A stretch of DNA of 64,000 bases from Azolla caroliniana. Taxonomy: Eukaryota > Plantae > Polypodiophyta. Numbering within the stretch: the stretch's first letter is position 1; each line of letters opens with the position of its first letter. Below, piece after piece: positions 25,319-37,342 of this stretch. Under the pieces are notes generated by a model that saw only the letters and a program-made list of their open reading frames with translations, did no database searches and had not been told where the DNA came from. The translations under genes were made by a program, and so were the position numbers. Location: assembly GCA_043228905.1 (NCBI GenBank), contig JBHGNT010000005.1:12214001-12278000 (forward strand), read 5' to 3'.

Positions 25319-26901
25319 CACAAAAATAAAACTGTATTATTCAAAGTGGCAAATACACCATCATCTTCAAACTATGTTACAATCTTGGTTATATATTAAC
25401 AAAGTTAGGGCAATTGCACTTTGTGCTTTACTAAAATATCCTATACTAGTTTGTACAATGGGTTAATGTGAATACATCCATTATATCATCGTATTCGACA
25501 TGGGGTTGTGCATGTTATGAATTTCAAGAGCACTATGCAAAGATGATCTAATGCAAGCTATTTAAGATAAACAACAAAATCACAAGAAAAGAAATGCACA
25601 ATACACCACAATTTTAGATTTGGAAGACCTTTTGAGGATAAAAACTTCGAAACTAACTCTAGAAACTATCGACTATCAATTGTTGAGAATCAAGCTCAAC
25701 TTGGTCTAGTGTTTGAACTCACCTTGAGAGTGAATAGACACTCCAACGGTCAAGAGTCACCATTATGTCACCATTTTGTATTCTAGCATTTAGTATGAGT
25801 CATAGAATCATATTGTATGACACATAACTTATGAGCTTTCACATTCCCCATGCTCCATGAGTCTTGTAGTTAATGAAGAGAGAGGGTGACTATATAAAGC
25901 ACCCTCCTCCCACCTTGTATAATGTTGAGTCTTTCTCCTTTGTTAATATACTTTACCTTGCGTATTCTTTGTGTCTTACTCCTTCTCTCTCTCTCTCTCT
26001 CTCTCTCATACACACACACAATTCATATCTATTCCACTGTACAGAATCCATCTCATGATTCTTTACATCAATAATTAAAAAAGTATGGCTACATCTTGTT
26101 AATTTAGTGTGTATGTGTTGGCATAGAAGGCCGACTCCTTTCACTTTGTATCCGTAGTGTGAACACGTCCCTTATTTAGGGCTTGAGTATATAAGCTCAA
26201 ACCTAACATTGGAAAGACTAACTTGGAGCGTAAGAGTTGCAGAGTAAGAGAATAAGAACTTCCATTGAAGCTCTGAATAAGGGTTTTATCTTCTGTTTCT
26301 TCTCTTGTTATGTTTCCGTGTTGTTTGTTGTACATCCCAAAACAGGTCCTAATACATTCTTCTGCGCACTATCCAAAACATCAAGTGGTTTTAGAGCGAC
26401 TTGTTGTTCAGCGGCAACGAAAAACAGAAAAGACTGAGAAGGGAAGCTATCCGGCTGAAAGAAAAGACTAGGATAGTAACATCTACTTCCAGTAAAAGAA
26501 TGGTGGCACAGTTCAGCACGAGTGTGGAAATCCGGAAGTTCGATGGTAAGAATTTCGCCCTCTAGAAGGAAATGATGCAGAATGTACTCATCATCCGATG
26601 GACCAACGACAAGTTGAAGCTATTAGGCACACTACCATGCCAAAAATCAATGTTTGCAAAAGAATGGCGGTCTATGGAAGAAATAACCATATCTACCAGT
26701 CGAATGCATCTGACTAAAAACGTCTATTTTAGCATGGCCAAGGAGACAACAACATTCTCTTTGTGGTAGAAGTTACGGGTAGTGTACGAGAAGAATCCTT
26801 CTCATCAAAGTTGATACTGATTCGATAGTTATTCAACATGAAGATGAGAGAGACGAATCCAACAACCTCCCACATCAACACCATTAGCCGGGTGTTATAT
26901 G

Positions 26902-27575
26902 TGTTGGGAATATGTCCCTCCAATGGGAGGAAGAGCCGACTGTTTGGAAAGCCGACTGTCGAAGGGTTGAAAATAGTGATTCGACTGTTATTACTATTAT
27001 GGTAATAGTAATGATGATGTTAGGAAACATGTCACTCCGGATGGGGAGGAAAATCTGACCGTTAGGAAAGCCGATAGTTGAGGAGCCAAGTTGATGAGGG
27101 ACTTGTCCAAGGCCGAAACCGGAATTGTGTAAATAGCCAACTCGGGAGACTATACTTGTAAATAGTCTAAGTGTGCACCCCATGTGGGCTAGGTATGTAA
27201 ATAGCTAGAAAGTTGCGTAAGTATATATATGTAACTAGGGAAAACTTTAGTGAGTGATGAACAGTGACGAACAAAGAGTGAGAGAGTGTGAGAGAAGACG
27301 GAAGAGCCGAGCCATAACTGTGTGTATGACAACAAACACGGAGAGCCCTGTGCGGCTGATGCACCCGTGAGAGAGTGTTTGTAATCTTCTCGCTATTGTA
27401 TATCCACTATTTGTATAGGGAAGAATCTGTTCCCGTGGTTTTCCCGGTTTTAGGGTTTCCACATAAATCTCTGTGTACATCTGTTTTTCTTGTCTTTTCT
27501 TGGCATATTTCTGTGATTCGTATTTTCAGCGTAGTTCATTTATTGTGATTTATATTCTGGAACGATTTCTTAACA
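26902..27575 (+). mobile_element. Solo LTR (Copia; related to the LTR at 37343-37984)
   Basis: TGTT...AACA with 5-bp TSD ATATG (26897-26901, 27576-27580); start tgttgggaatatgtccctc matches the reverse complement of 37965-37984. Confidence 0.9.
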
Positions 27576-27956
27576 ATATGAACTCTCCTCCCAAGGGATA
27601 AACTTTGAAGAAGAAGTCAAAGCCCTTGCCCTCCTTTCGAGCTTTTCGACGAGTTGGGAGGTATTCTGCACAACCTTTGCCAATAGATGTCTGAATCTAA
27701 ATCTAGATGAGACAATCAGGTAGGTTCTCACAGAGGACATTATGCGAAAATCGATGGGACTTACCATTGACAAGTTGGCAAAAGCTAACCACTCGATTGA
27801 GTTGATTGAGCGATCGAGCCGATTGACAGAACAAGTCGGAAGAACCGGTTGGAACAATAGTAGACCAAGAAAGAGGGGAGATTGACAACAGTTGAAGTCG
27901 AGGCATAGTAGATCAAGTGACTTTTGCACTCATTGCAGAAAAACTAGTCACAACGT

Positions 27957-28018
27957 AGTCGCGTTGTTACGCGCGTGCGTGTAGAAGGGGGCGGGACCAT
28001 TGGGGTCTTGGACCGAGG

Positions 28019-28067
<49 letters not shown>

Positions 28068-31000
28068 CACAGACACGCAGAAGTGAGAAGGAGAGATATA
28101 GAACGCAACACTTAATTACAATGACAAAAGATTACAAACTCCAACGGTTACAACCGTCAAGGCGGCGATGGGCCCGACTCGGGGACCCTACTCACGCACA
28201 CAGGCGGGAAACACTGGACCCAGAGAAAGCAGAAGGAAAGGCCTCTGCTGGCAGCGCACGGGCTACCCACGAAGCAGAGGCGTCGAACTCCCAAGCACCC
28301 ACACAGAATGACGGTCGGAGGAGGAGAGAGAGATCCGCCCTCGGTCCTGCAACACTTTCTCCTCCTTAACGCGTGATCCTTCCTTCTCTTCCTTCCCTCC
28401 CCTCCTTAAATAGTCCCCCAAAAAAAGGGGTGCCCCCTTTCCTATCAAATTGCTTTATTCCTTGTCCCTTCTGACAGAGATGCGCACAATCCCTCCTGAT
28501 AAATGTGCACTACTTAGTATTTACATCAGTTGATCCATTTATTAATCAACATCAAAATATCAAGTCAGGTGTCTATCCGTGTAAGAGCCGGTTCATGCGC
28601 CTTTTTGCCCGAATCCGCCTATGGCCGGTTTTCTTCACGACATCCACCCCCACCAAACCGCGCATCCACCGGCATGCGCCAGAGACGGGTTGATACCGAA
28701 GAAAACCGGCTTCAATCGGCGCTCTCTGATTCTTTGTCGGGCCCGAACTGATCGTCGTCGTCGCTCTCATCCACGCCCTCTGGGTCCGGCTCATCCTCGA
28801 ACCGCTTCTTGAACGCTTTGATCCGCTTCCCGGCCACCGGTACCGCTAGCCGTGTCCCGTCAAGTTCCGCGAGGTGGTACGTGCCGTTGTCGTTCGCGCT
28901 CATCACCGTGTAGGGCCCGAACCATCTCCTCGCGAACTTTCACACCGCCTTGTGCTGATTGTCGAGGCTGCTGTCGTACACCAAGACCCAGTCGCCTTCC
29001 TCGATCTTCTTTGGTCGCAACTGGTGCGTCTGGTTGAACCAGGTCTTGTTCCGTTCCCTTGCTGCCCGCAACTTTTCCTTTGCCTGTTTCATGTCCTCCG
29101 GCCTCCGCTCGAGTTGTCGAATCCGCGCCGCCAGCAACTCCTCCCGGCTCATTTCGTCCTTCCAATCTACCGCCGCCCATGAAGAAACCGTCCGTTCCAC
29201 CCGCATGATCGGCTTCTGTCCGTACATAAGCTCTGCCGGCATAAACCCTGTCACCGAACTGTGCGTAGTTCGGTCCGCCCATAGTGCGTAAGGAAGGAGC
29301 CGCGGCCAATTCCTGACCTGCCCTCCGCATGCACGCACCAACGCCTTTATGATCGGACCATGCCCACGTTCTACCTTACCGTTCGCCTCCGGATTGTACG
29401 CCGTAGTGAGGGAGAGTTTGACGCCTAGCCGGTCGAACAACTCCTCAGCTTCCCGCACATCCAGCTCCCCCGGTCGGCTACGATCCTCCCGACGCACCTG
29501 TACCGACACACTACCTCTTCGATCAGGAACCGGCATACCTCCGCGGTTGTCTTGTTCTGCAGTGCACGACCTTCCATCTGGTTTGTTAAGTCTTCCCGTG
29601 CAAGCACCAGGTATCGCATCTGGCCTACTCCCATCGGCATCATCACCAAGTCCACCATCCACTTGAAATGGACTGTAGGCGGGTAGGTCGGGTGTAGCTC
29701 GTCCCGGTGTCGGACTGTGGAGTGCATCTGACAGCTTTCGCAAGTCGTTACGAACCGATGCACGTCTTGGTACAGCCCCGACCACTAGTACTTCTCCTTT
29801 AGTTTCTCGAACGTGGCCCACGTTCCGCGGTGCCCGGCCCAAGGACTCTCGTGAAACGCAGCCAGAAGTTCCTCCTGTTCTTCTTTCTTTGTCACTACTC
29901 GGAGCGGGATGCCGTTTCTCTTCTTCGGGTGCCTCCATATGCACTTGTCCTGCAGGAAGAACCGGTACGCCTTCTTCCGTACCCGGCTCGCCTCTTCTCT
30001 CATCCATGCTGCGTCTGGCGTCATCGTCCGTAGGAACCTCCTGATTTGGAGCCACTCCCCGTCGTACCTGCTTTCGTCAAATTCGTTAAGCGCCGGAGTG
30101 TCCCTTTCCCTCGTTGCTACATTAGCCGACCCGAAGAAGTCCTCACCAACTTCTTCGTCATCCGAAACCATGTCGTCTTCGTCGTTGAACCTTGCTCTCG
30201 AAAGCATGTCAGCCATGGCGTTGTCCTTTTCGGAGATGTGCCGTATCTCCGGGTTCAGGGAATTAATGTATGCTATCCACCGGAGCATTGCTAGGTCCGG
30301 CGTCGCGCATCCGAAAACCATGCCGAGTATCGGCAGGCAGTCCGTCTCGATGATCACCTCCGTCCCGATTAGATAGTCCTCATCGGCTTTGACTGCCGAA
30401 ACGATACCCCAAAGCTCGCGCTTAACTTGGGCGTATCCTTGCTGCCGTTCGCTCAATACCTTTGCCCCGAACCGGATCGGGAATCGTATGCCGTCCTTGT
30501 CCTCCTAACTGATTACCCACCCGATCCCGGTCGGGCTGGTGTCCACTGTCACGCAAATGGGGACATCCTTGCCGTAAACTGCTTTACGGAGAGCCGGTGC
30601 TACCGTAAGCGCCTCCTATAGTCTCCGTACCGACTTCGTGTGCTCCGTCCTCCACTCAAAACTACGCCCCTTTTTCAATAGTCCATAGAGGGGTTCGGCG
30701 ACATGTGCGTAGTGCGGGATCGAGATGTGGTAGAATGCGCATGCTCCCAAGAATCTGCGGACCTCCGTGACCGACCCGCAATCATTCCTCATCGCGGAGA
30801 TAGCCTCTACCTTTGCCGGAGACGGTCTCCTACCATAAGGCCCGCACAAGTGTCCGACCACCAAGATCTCCGACTGCCCGAACGCCGATTTTTCTCCGGA
30901 GAAGGTGAGCCATGCGCTTTCGAGCCTCTGCAGCACCTTCTCACAGTCGTTGATGTGGTTCACAACGAACCTCCGGCATCCATCTGGCCCGACAGTCTCG

Positions 31001-34000
31001 TCCGCGTCATCCACCGAACACCCCTTTATCGGGATATTGTCCATGAATGGCATAGTGATGTCCAGGATGAAGTCCCTCAACACCTTGTTCATTGCGTTCA
31101 CCATATGCGCCACCGAATTCGTCCCGCCTTGTGGTAGGGTACACATTCGTACTAGGCCGAGAGGGGTTTGCATCATCGTGATATCCCTGCTCTCGATTGC
31201 TAGCTGGAACTGGTTGTACCCCGAGTATAAGTCATCGACCGAATAGATCGACCTTCTAGCGAAGGCCTCCGCGAACTCGTCTATGGTCGGTCCGATTCCT
31301 ATGTTACGGATGGTCACCTTGTTGACCGGTTGTAGGTCCTGAATGAAGTGCAACGTGCCGTTCTTCTTTGGCACCGTAAACCTCCGGTTCGAATACGGGG
31401 CACTCGACGGTTCGAGGATGCCCATCTCCACCCTCTGGTTTAGAAGCTCCATTAACTTTGGGATGTGAGCTCTCGGCACCGGAATTGGTTTGAGATTCCA
31501 CGATACATGCGGTACCGTGAAGATCACCATCGGTTCGACGATCGTCGGGTCCACACACCCGATCTCCTCCGGCGAGAACGCAAAGGCTTTCCCATGCCTT
31601 CTGAGCATTCTCCGAAACCTGTCCTCCTCCGCCGGCAGTAGGAAGCCACCCCCACCGACCTTGAGCTCCCGTAGTGTTATGTCGGTGAACCGGTGCCCTA
31701 TGCCAGCCGAATTCCGTAAAATTGGGTCTGACTCGACCCCTTTTATCCACTCTTCGCTGCCCTCTGGCAAGGGTGCCGCGACCGGCCTCACCTTCCGGCC
31801 TACAATCTTGTACTTTGTATCCACGTGGGCCGTCCGATCCGACCCGATCCTTTCCCCGAAGTCCGCGATGACTTCATACATTCCCATCGAACTAACCGGA
31901 ACGGTCCGGTCTTCTCTAAGGTCTTCACCAATCACCTTTTGCAATTCGCCCAAGGTGTCGTCAAAAGAGACCGCCTCCATGGCGCTGCTGATCTCTTCAT
32001 CGGGGGAGAGGACTTCGCATCCCCTGAGCCACTCCTCCGCTCGCTTCCTTTCCTGGCCGCTGACGCTGGCTATAGTACAACCTTCGTTTTCGGAAAACCA
32101 AAACTTCCTACCTACTGTACATGTGTGGGGTTCTTTTGGTTCGTCCGCACTACCACGGCCCCACGCCTTGATAGCCCTCTCTAAAAATCCCCTCGGTTGT
32201 TGCCGCCGAGGGTCTCGCGATTCCTCTCATGGTTCGGAAGTACGATCATGAATTGGACGGAATGCCGACCATCCTGGCTCTTGACGCGTGCATACGCCGA
32301 ACCATTGTCCAACACCTTCGTCTCCATGCGTGCTGCCGTAATGTATGGTTCGCCAAGAATCACTGGGTGCGAGGATCTTTCCTGCACGAAGAAATATTGA
32401 TCTATCTCGATGTCACCGACCTTTACGCGTATATTCGGGCACGCACCATGTAGCTCCTCCGTAGCACGCGTCGCCGCGCGTATCTTCCACCCATGCTTGG
32501 TGTTGATCGGCCATTTACCCCTCTTGTAGAAATCCATGGACATAAGGTTGATTTCGGATCCATGGTCTACCAAGGCCACCACCGGTTTCGGAACGTCACC
32601 GATCCGCACAAGGGTTTCCGTAGTTGCCCTGGCCTAATGCGGCTTCGCGTAGTGGCTTTCCGCCAACTGGTCTTCCAGGGCCACGTCTTCTAAGTGCGTA
32701 GTCCGCACCTCCACCGGCTTCTCCGGTTCTGGCTTTGTCGAGAGCCTCTTCTGCTTCACCAAGTCTACAATAGAGTCGTGGAATTCCCTCTTGGAGATTC
32801 CCAGCACCTCACCCAACGACAACTCCACTTTACTGTCGAGGATACGTTCCTACAGGACCTTTCGTAGGTCTGTGGTCCTTTCGATTTCGGTGCTCAACCG
32901 AAACCCCGCCTGCTTCTTCCCGTCCGGCGCGCTTGGGTTGCCGGCACGGGTCGGTTTTGGTCCGAACCGGGTCTCATACCTCTGCGGGGGACCGACCCCT
33001 CCGGCCTTTCCTGCCTGTTTGTCCTCCACTAGAACCTCATAGTTTTGGCAAGCGGCTTCTACGAAGCCCGTTTTCTCTTCGACCGGATTGTCCCAACCGG
33101 TGACCTCCTGGACCCTCTGCTCCGCGCGGTCCGCCTCTTCCTTCTTCAGTCGAACTCCGGAGAGGCCTTCTAGCACTAGCGGCCAGAATCCGGAGTCCTT
33201 CGCCTTCTGGGTCTCATTACCCCCGACCCGAATTCCCGCCGACACTGAGTAGTTATTGCCTTCAACGTGCCGTGCCGCGGCCTCTTCTATCAACCTCTTC
33301 ATTCCGTCGCGCCCCGTATTTAGTTCTAGGGCTCTCCGGGTCTCGCTCGCGTGCACCCGCCCGTTCCAGAGGTACACCACGTTGGCCCTGAGTGCGTCGG
33401 CGAAATCTGCGCAATCCTTCCGAATGTGATCGATCGCGTCACACCACATGCACCGCTGCCCAGCCGGTGGCCTCTGGTCGCGAGGTTGTTCCCTGCTGTC
33501 TCTCCAGGCCTGTGCGTCCTTCGATGCCGACCCCGACTCTAGCCAGATTCGGGTCTCTTCCTTCCTACCGGACGGCACCGATACTGGCTCCTCGAGCCTC
33601 CTCCTTGGGACCGGCCCTGACCCCGACGAGCTTCCGTCGCTCCAATCGCGCCGTTTGTCGAAACGGCTGCAGACCCGTTTTACCACGGCCCAGTCTGCCG
33701 TGAGCCCTTCGTCCGTTTCCAATAGGGGACCCACCTTTCCCCTGTCGAGCACGTCCACGAACTTGACAAACAACAGTACTCGACTTGTTTCGAGCATCAT
33801 CCGGTCCAGCGTCGATAGCCGCACGAACTGTCTTTCATACTCCTGGAAGAGCACCGACATGTTCCTCCCTTTTCCGGGGCTTTCCACCCACGGCATGAAG
33901 TCCCGCCTCGACAGCCGAAGCGAGTCGTCAAACCCGTACTTCTCAAGGAGCCGCAACTCGAACTCCTCCCAAGTCTGGCATCCGGCCAGCACCTCGAGCA

Positions 34001-34353
34001 CCTCCGCGTGGATGCCCGACGTCACCACCTGAGGGAATCCGGACAGCCGCCTGTCCACCGGGATATCCCTCATGATCATTTCGGCCTGGTAAGCCTCCAA
34101 ATAACTTGTGGCGTCTTTCCCTCCGAACCGGCCTATAGAGCCGACGATCAATTCAATGGCTCTGTCGAGGGTACCTGTCCCCTCACGAGCGCTTACCAGC
34201 CGGTCGACGGCTACCACCATTGCCTCTGCTAGCTCCAATCCCCTCATCTTTCGACTCCTTTGCCGCCCTTTCACGTTGGGTTCACCAAATATGTCGTGTT
34301 GTTACGTGCGTGCATGTAGAAGGGGGCGGGACCACTGGGGTCTTGGACCGAGG

Positions 34354-34422
<69 letters not shown>

Positions 34423-35000
34423 CACAGACACGCAGAAGTGAGAAGGAGAGATATAGAACGCAACACTTAATTACAATGACAAAAGATTACAAACTCCGAC
34501 GGTTATAACCGTCAAGGCGGCGATGGGCCCGACACGGGGACCCTATTCACGCACACAAGCAGGAAACACTGGACCCAGAGAAAGCAGAAGGAAAGGTCTT
34601 TGCTGGCAGTGCACGAGCTACCCACGAAGCAGAGGCGTCGAACGCCCAAGCACCCACACAGAATGACGATCGGAGGAGGAGAGAGAGATCCACCCTCGGT
34701 TCTGCAACACTTTCTCCTCCTTAACGCGCGATCCTTCCTTCCTTCTCTTCCTTTCCTCCCCTCCTTAAATAGTCCCCCCAAAAAAGGGGTGCCCCTTTTC
34801 CTATCAAATTGCTTTATTCCTTGTCCCTTCTGACAGAGATATGCACAATCCCTCCTAATAAATGTGCACTACTTAGTATTTACATCAATTGATCCATTTA
34901 TGAATCGACATCAAAATATCAAGTCAAGCGTCCATCCGTGTAAGAGCCGGTTCATGCGCCTTTTTCCCGAATCCGCCTATGGCCGGTTTTCTTCACGACA
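27957..35000 (-). mobile_element. Full-length non-chromovirus Ty3/Gypsy element, tRNA-Trp primed, apparent 4-bp TSD
   Basis: LTRs 34292-35000 (5') and 27957-28642 (3'), each with a (GA)n tract and TGTCGTG...CACGACA termini; ACGT at 27953-27956 and 35001-35004; PBS 34270-34287; gag 34274-32634, protease 32609-32181, RT 31980-30616 (LPQGGTNS, FMDN), RH, IN (FHESPWAGHRG, NGKVERGH, GPY). Confidence 0.93.
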
Positions 35001-37342
35001 ACGTTTCTGACTACTAATCGATCAAGATGAAGGCGGGAGGTCGGCGATTCGAGCGGAACTTAGGACGATTCGACTGAAACCATTCTCCAGACAACCAAAT
35101 CAATGGTTCCGACTCCCAATCAGGAGAAATTCTCGCTCTAGAGGATTCGATGAACTAAGTAGTCCTCCACAATGCGCAAGATGCACAAACGTGGTTACTG
35201 GAGTCCAGTGCCACATTTCACGTGACCTAGAACATTGAATGGTTTTCAAACTATTCGGTTGGCGTCAGCGACACAATTCGACTAGGCAATGGGTAGGAGT
35301 GCACAATCGCAAGTATCAGAGAGGTCCCCATCCAATTTCCGAATGACAATACTATCATCCTGCACCAAGTCTGACATGTACCCGAGCTTAAAAGAAGTCT
35401 GGTCTCTATCGACATGTTAGTCAAAGACGGGTACCAAATGACTCTCAGTGAGTCGACATGGATGATTAACTGAGGAAATTTGAGAATCGGGAATGGATAC
35501 AAGTACAACAACTTATATCCAGTAATGGCGATCAGTCCAAAAGGGACCATGAACATAGCCGAATCGCGAGACTCGAACTTGAGGCATGGCCGACTAGGCC
35601 ATATGTCTCAAGCTGGATCGGATCAACTGATGGCGATCGGTTACATCTCGAAGCTCCAGTTAAAGGTGGACTTTTGCGAGCATTGTTGTTATGGGAAGTA
35701 GACCCGAAGTCTGCAATCTCTCCACTATGAGATGGTACGACAAGCCCTAGAACTGGTCCACACAGATATACGTGGGCCAATGCCTAAAAGATCACTAGAA
35801 GGCTCTTGGTATTTCATCACATTCGTAGATGACTATACAAGAAAGGTTTGGGACTACTCGATTAGGTCAAAAGACGAAGCTCTCAAGGTCTTCTCTTGGT
35901 GGTTAGCCAAAGTTGCTGAACCGATCAGGATACAGAGTGAAAACACTCCAATCTGACAATGGAGGGGAATACACCTCCCGAGCCTTCAACCAGTACCTGT
36001 CCGGAAAGGGATCCGGCATCAAAAGACCGTTCCTTATACCCCCATGCGAAATGGAGTGGCAGAACGGATCTACTAGATGGTATAGGAGAGGGTGACGACA
36101 ATGCTCTAGCACCTTGAACTAAAACTGGAATTCTGGGTCGAGGCACTGCAGATGACAATGTATTTGATAAACCTATCACTATCGAGGGCAATACGGCTCA
36201 AAGTGCCATAGGTACCATGGTTAGGCAAACAACAGACCTATGACAGACTTCGTATATTCGGAGCGAAGCCTATGCATTCAACCCCATGGAGAAGAGGACC
36301 AAGTTGGCACCCCATGCAACAAAATGCATATTTCTCGGCTATGGAATTGATGGGGAATTCGGTTATAGGTTGTGGGACCCAGAGATGCCATAGAAGGACC
36401 GACCCACCGAACTGAATCGATGATTCGATAAACCGTCTAAGAAAGTCAAGCCAACGATTACTCTGCCGAATCAGAATCGACAAGAGGTCCACTAGTCAAA
36501 ATAGATTTGACTAAGAGACTGACAAGAGGTGAAAGAGACAAAGTTGAAACAACCAAATCACCTAAATCGACGAAGGCACCAGCCAATCCGTCAATCAATC
36601 CCAAAAAAGGGGATGATGATTCGATATCGCCGAAATCCTATTGTTGGGGTGAGTCATCCAACAGGACTCCTGAAGACGGTTCAAGTAATAAACCGATTGG
36701 CCGACCGAGCTGATTGAAGAAATCGAACCAGCAAAATTGGCACCTAGGAGATCCAAACGAGTCCCATCCATAGTAGCGACGTAGTCTTCTATCAACTGGG
36801 CCTCGACTTTGTCAACTACACGGACGTAGGAGACCCGAGCTCTTATGAGGAGGCCATAGCCATGCTAGACGCCGACACATGGCTACAAGCCATGAAATTA
36901 GAGATGGACTCGATTCATCAGAATCATACATGGGAGTTGGTTGAATTACCAGTTGGAAGGAAGTCGCTACAAATGGGTCTTTGGATACAAATATGTATCT
37001 GACGCAGAGAAACCCAAATACAAAGCTTGGCTCATCACAAAGGGATTCAAACAAGAGCATGGGGTCCACTACGACGAGATATTCTCACTAGTAGTCAAGA
37101 TCACCACCCTTTGGCTCCTACTCGGGGTTGTGGCGACTAAAGACCTAGAGCTCAAGCAACTGGACGTCAAGATGACATTCCTACACGGAGACTTGGAAGA
37201 AGACATCTACATGTCTCAACCAACAAGCTTCACAATGACGGGGGAGGAAGGTCACCTCGTATGTTGACTAAAGAAAATCCTCTACGGTTTAAAACAAGCG
37301 CTAAGGGTGTGGTACTAGAAGTTCGACTGCTACATCAGGTAG

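Larger units (their letters stand above)
26116..37342 (+). mobile_element. Degenerate Ty1/Copia element interrupted by a solo LTR (26902-27575), a Gypsy (27957-35000) and another Copia (37343 onward)
   Basis: 5' LTR ~26116-26383, degenerate PBS tggttttagagc (26386-26397), gag IRKFDGKNF, knuckle CTHCRKTSHNVSD split by the Gypsy, IN LELVHTD / FVDDYTRK / SDNGGEY, RT QLDVKMTFLHGDLEEDIYM...LYGLKQA. Confidence 0.85.

Noticed and set aside
28859-34032. Long antisense ORFs over the Gypsy element
   Set aside because: Expected shadow ORFs in GC-rich coding DNA, with no recognisable motifs.
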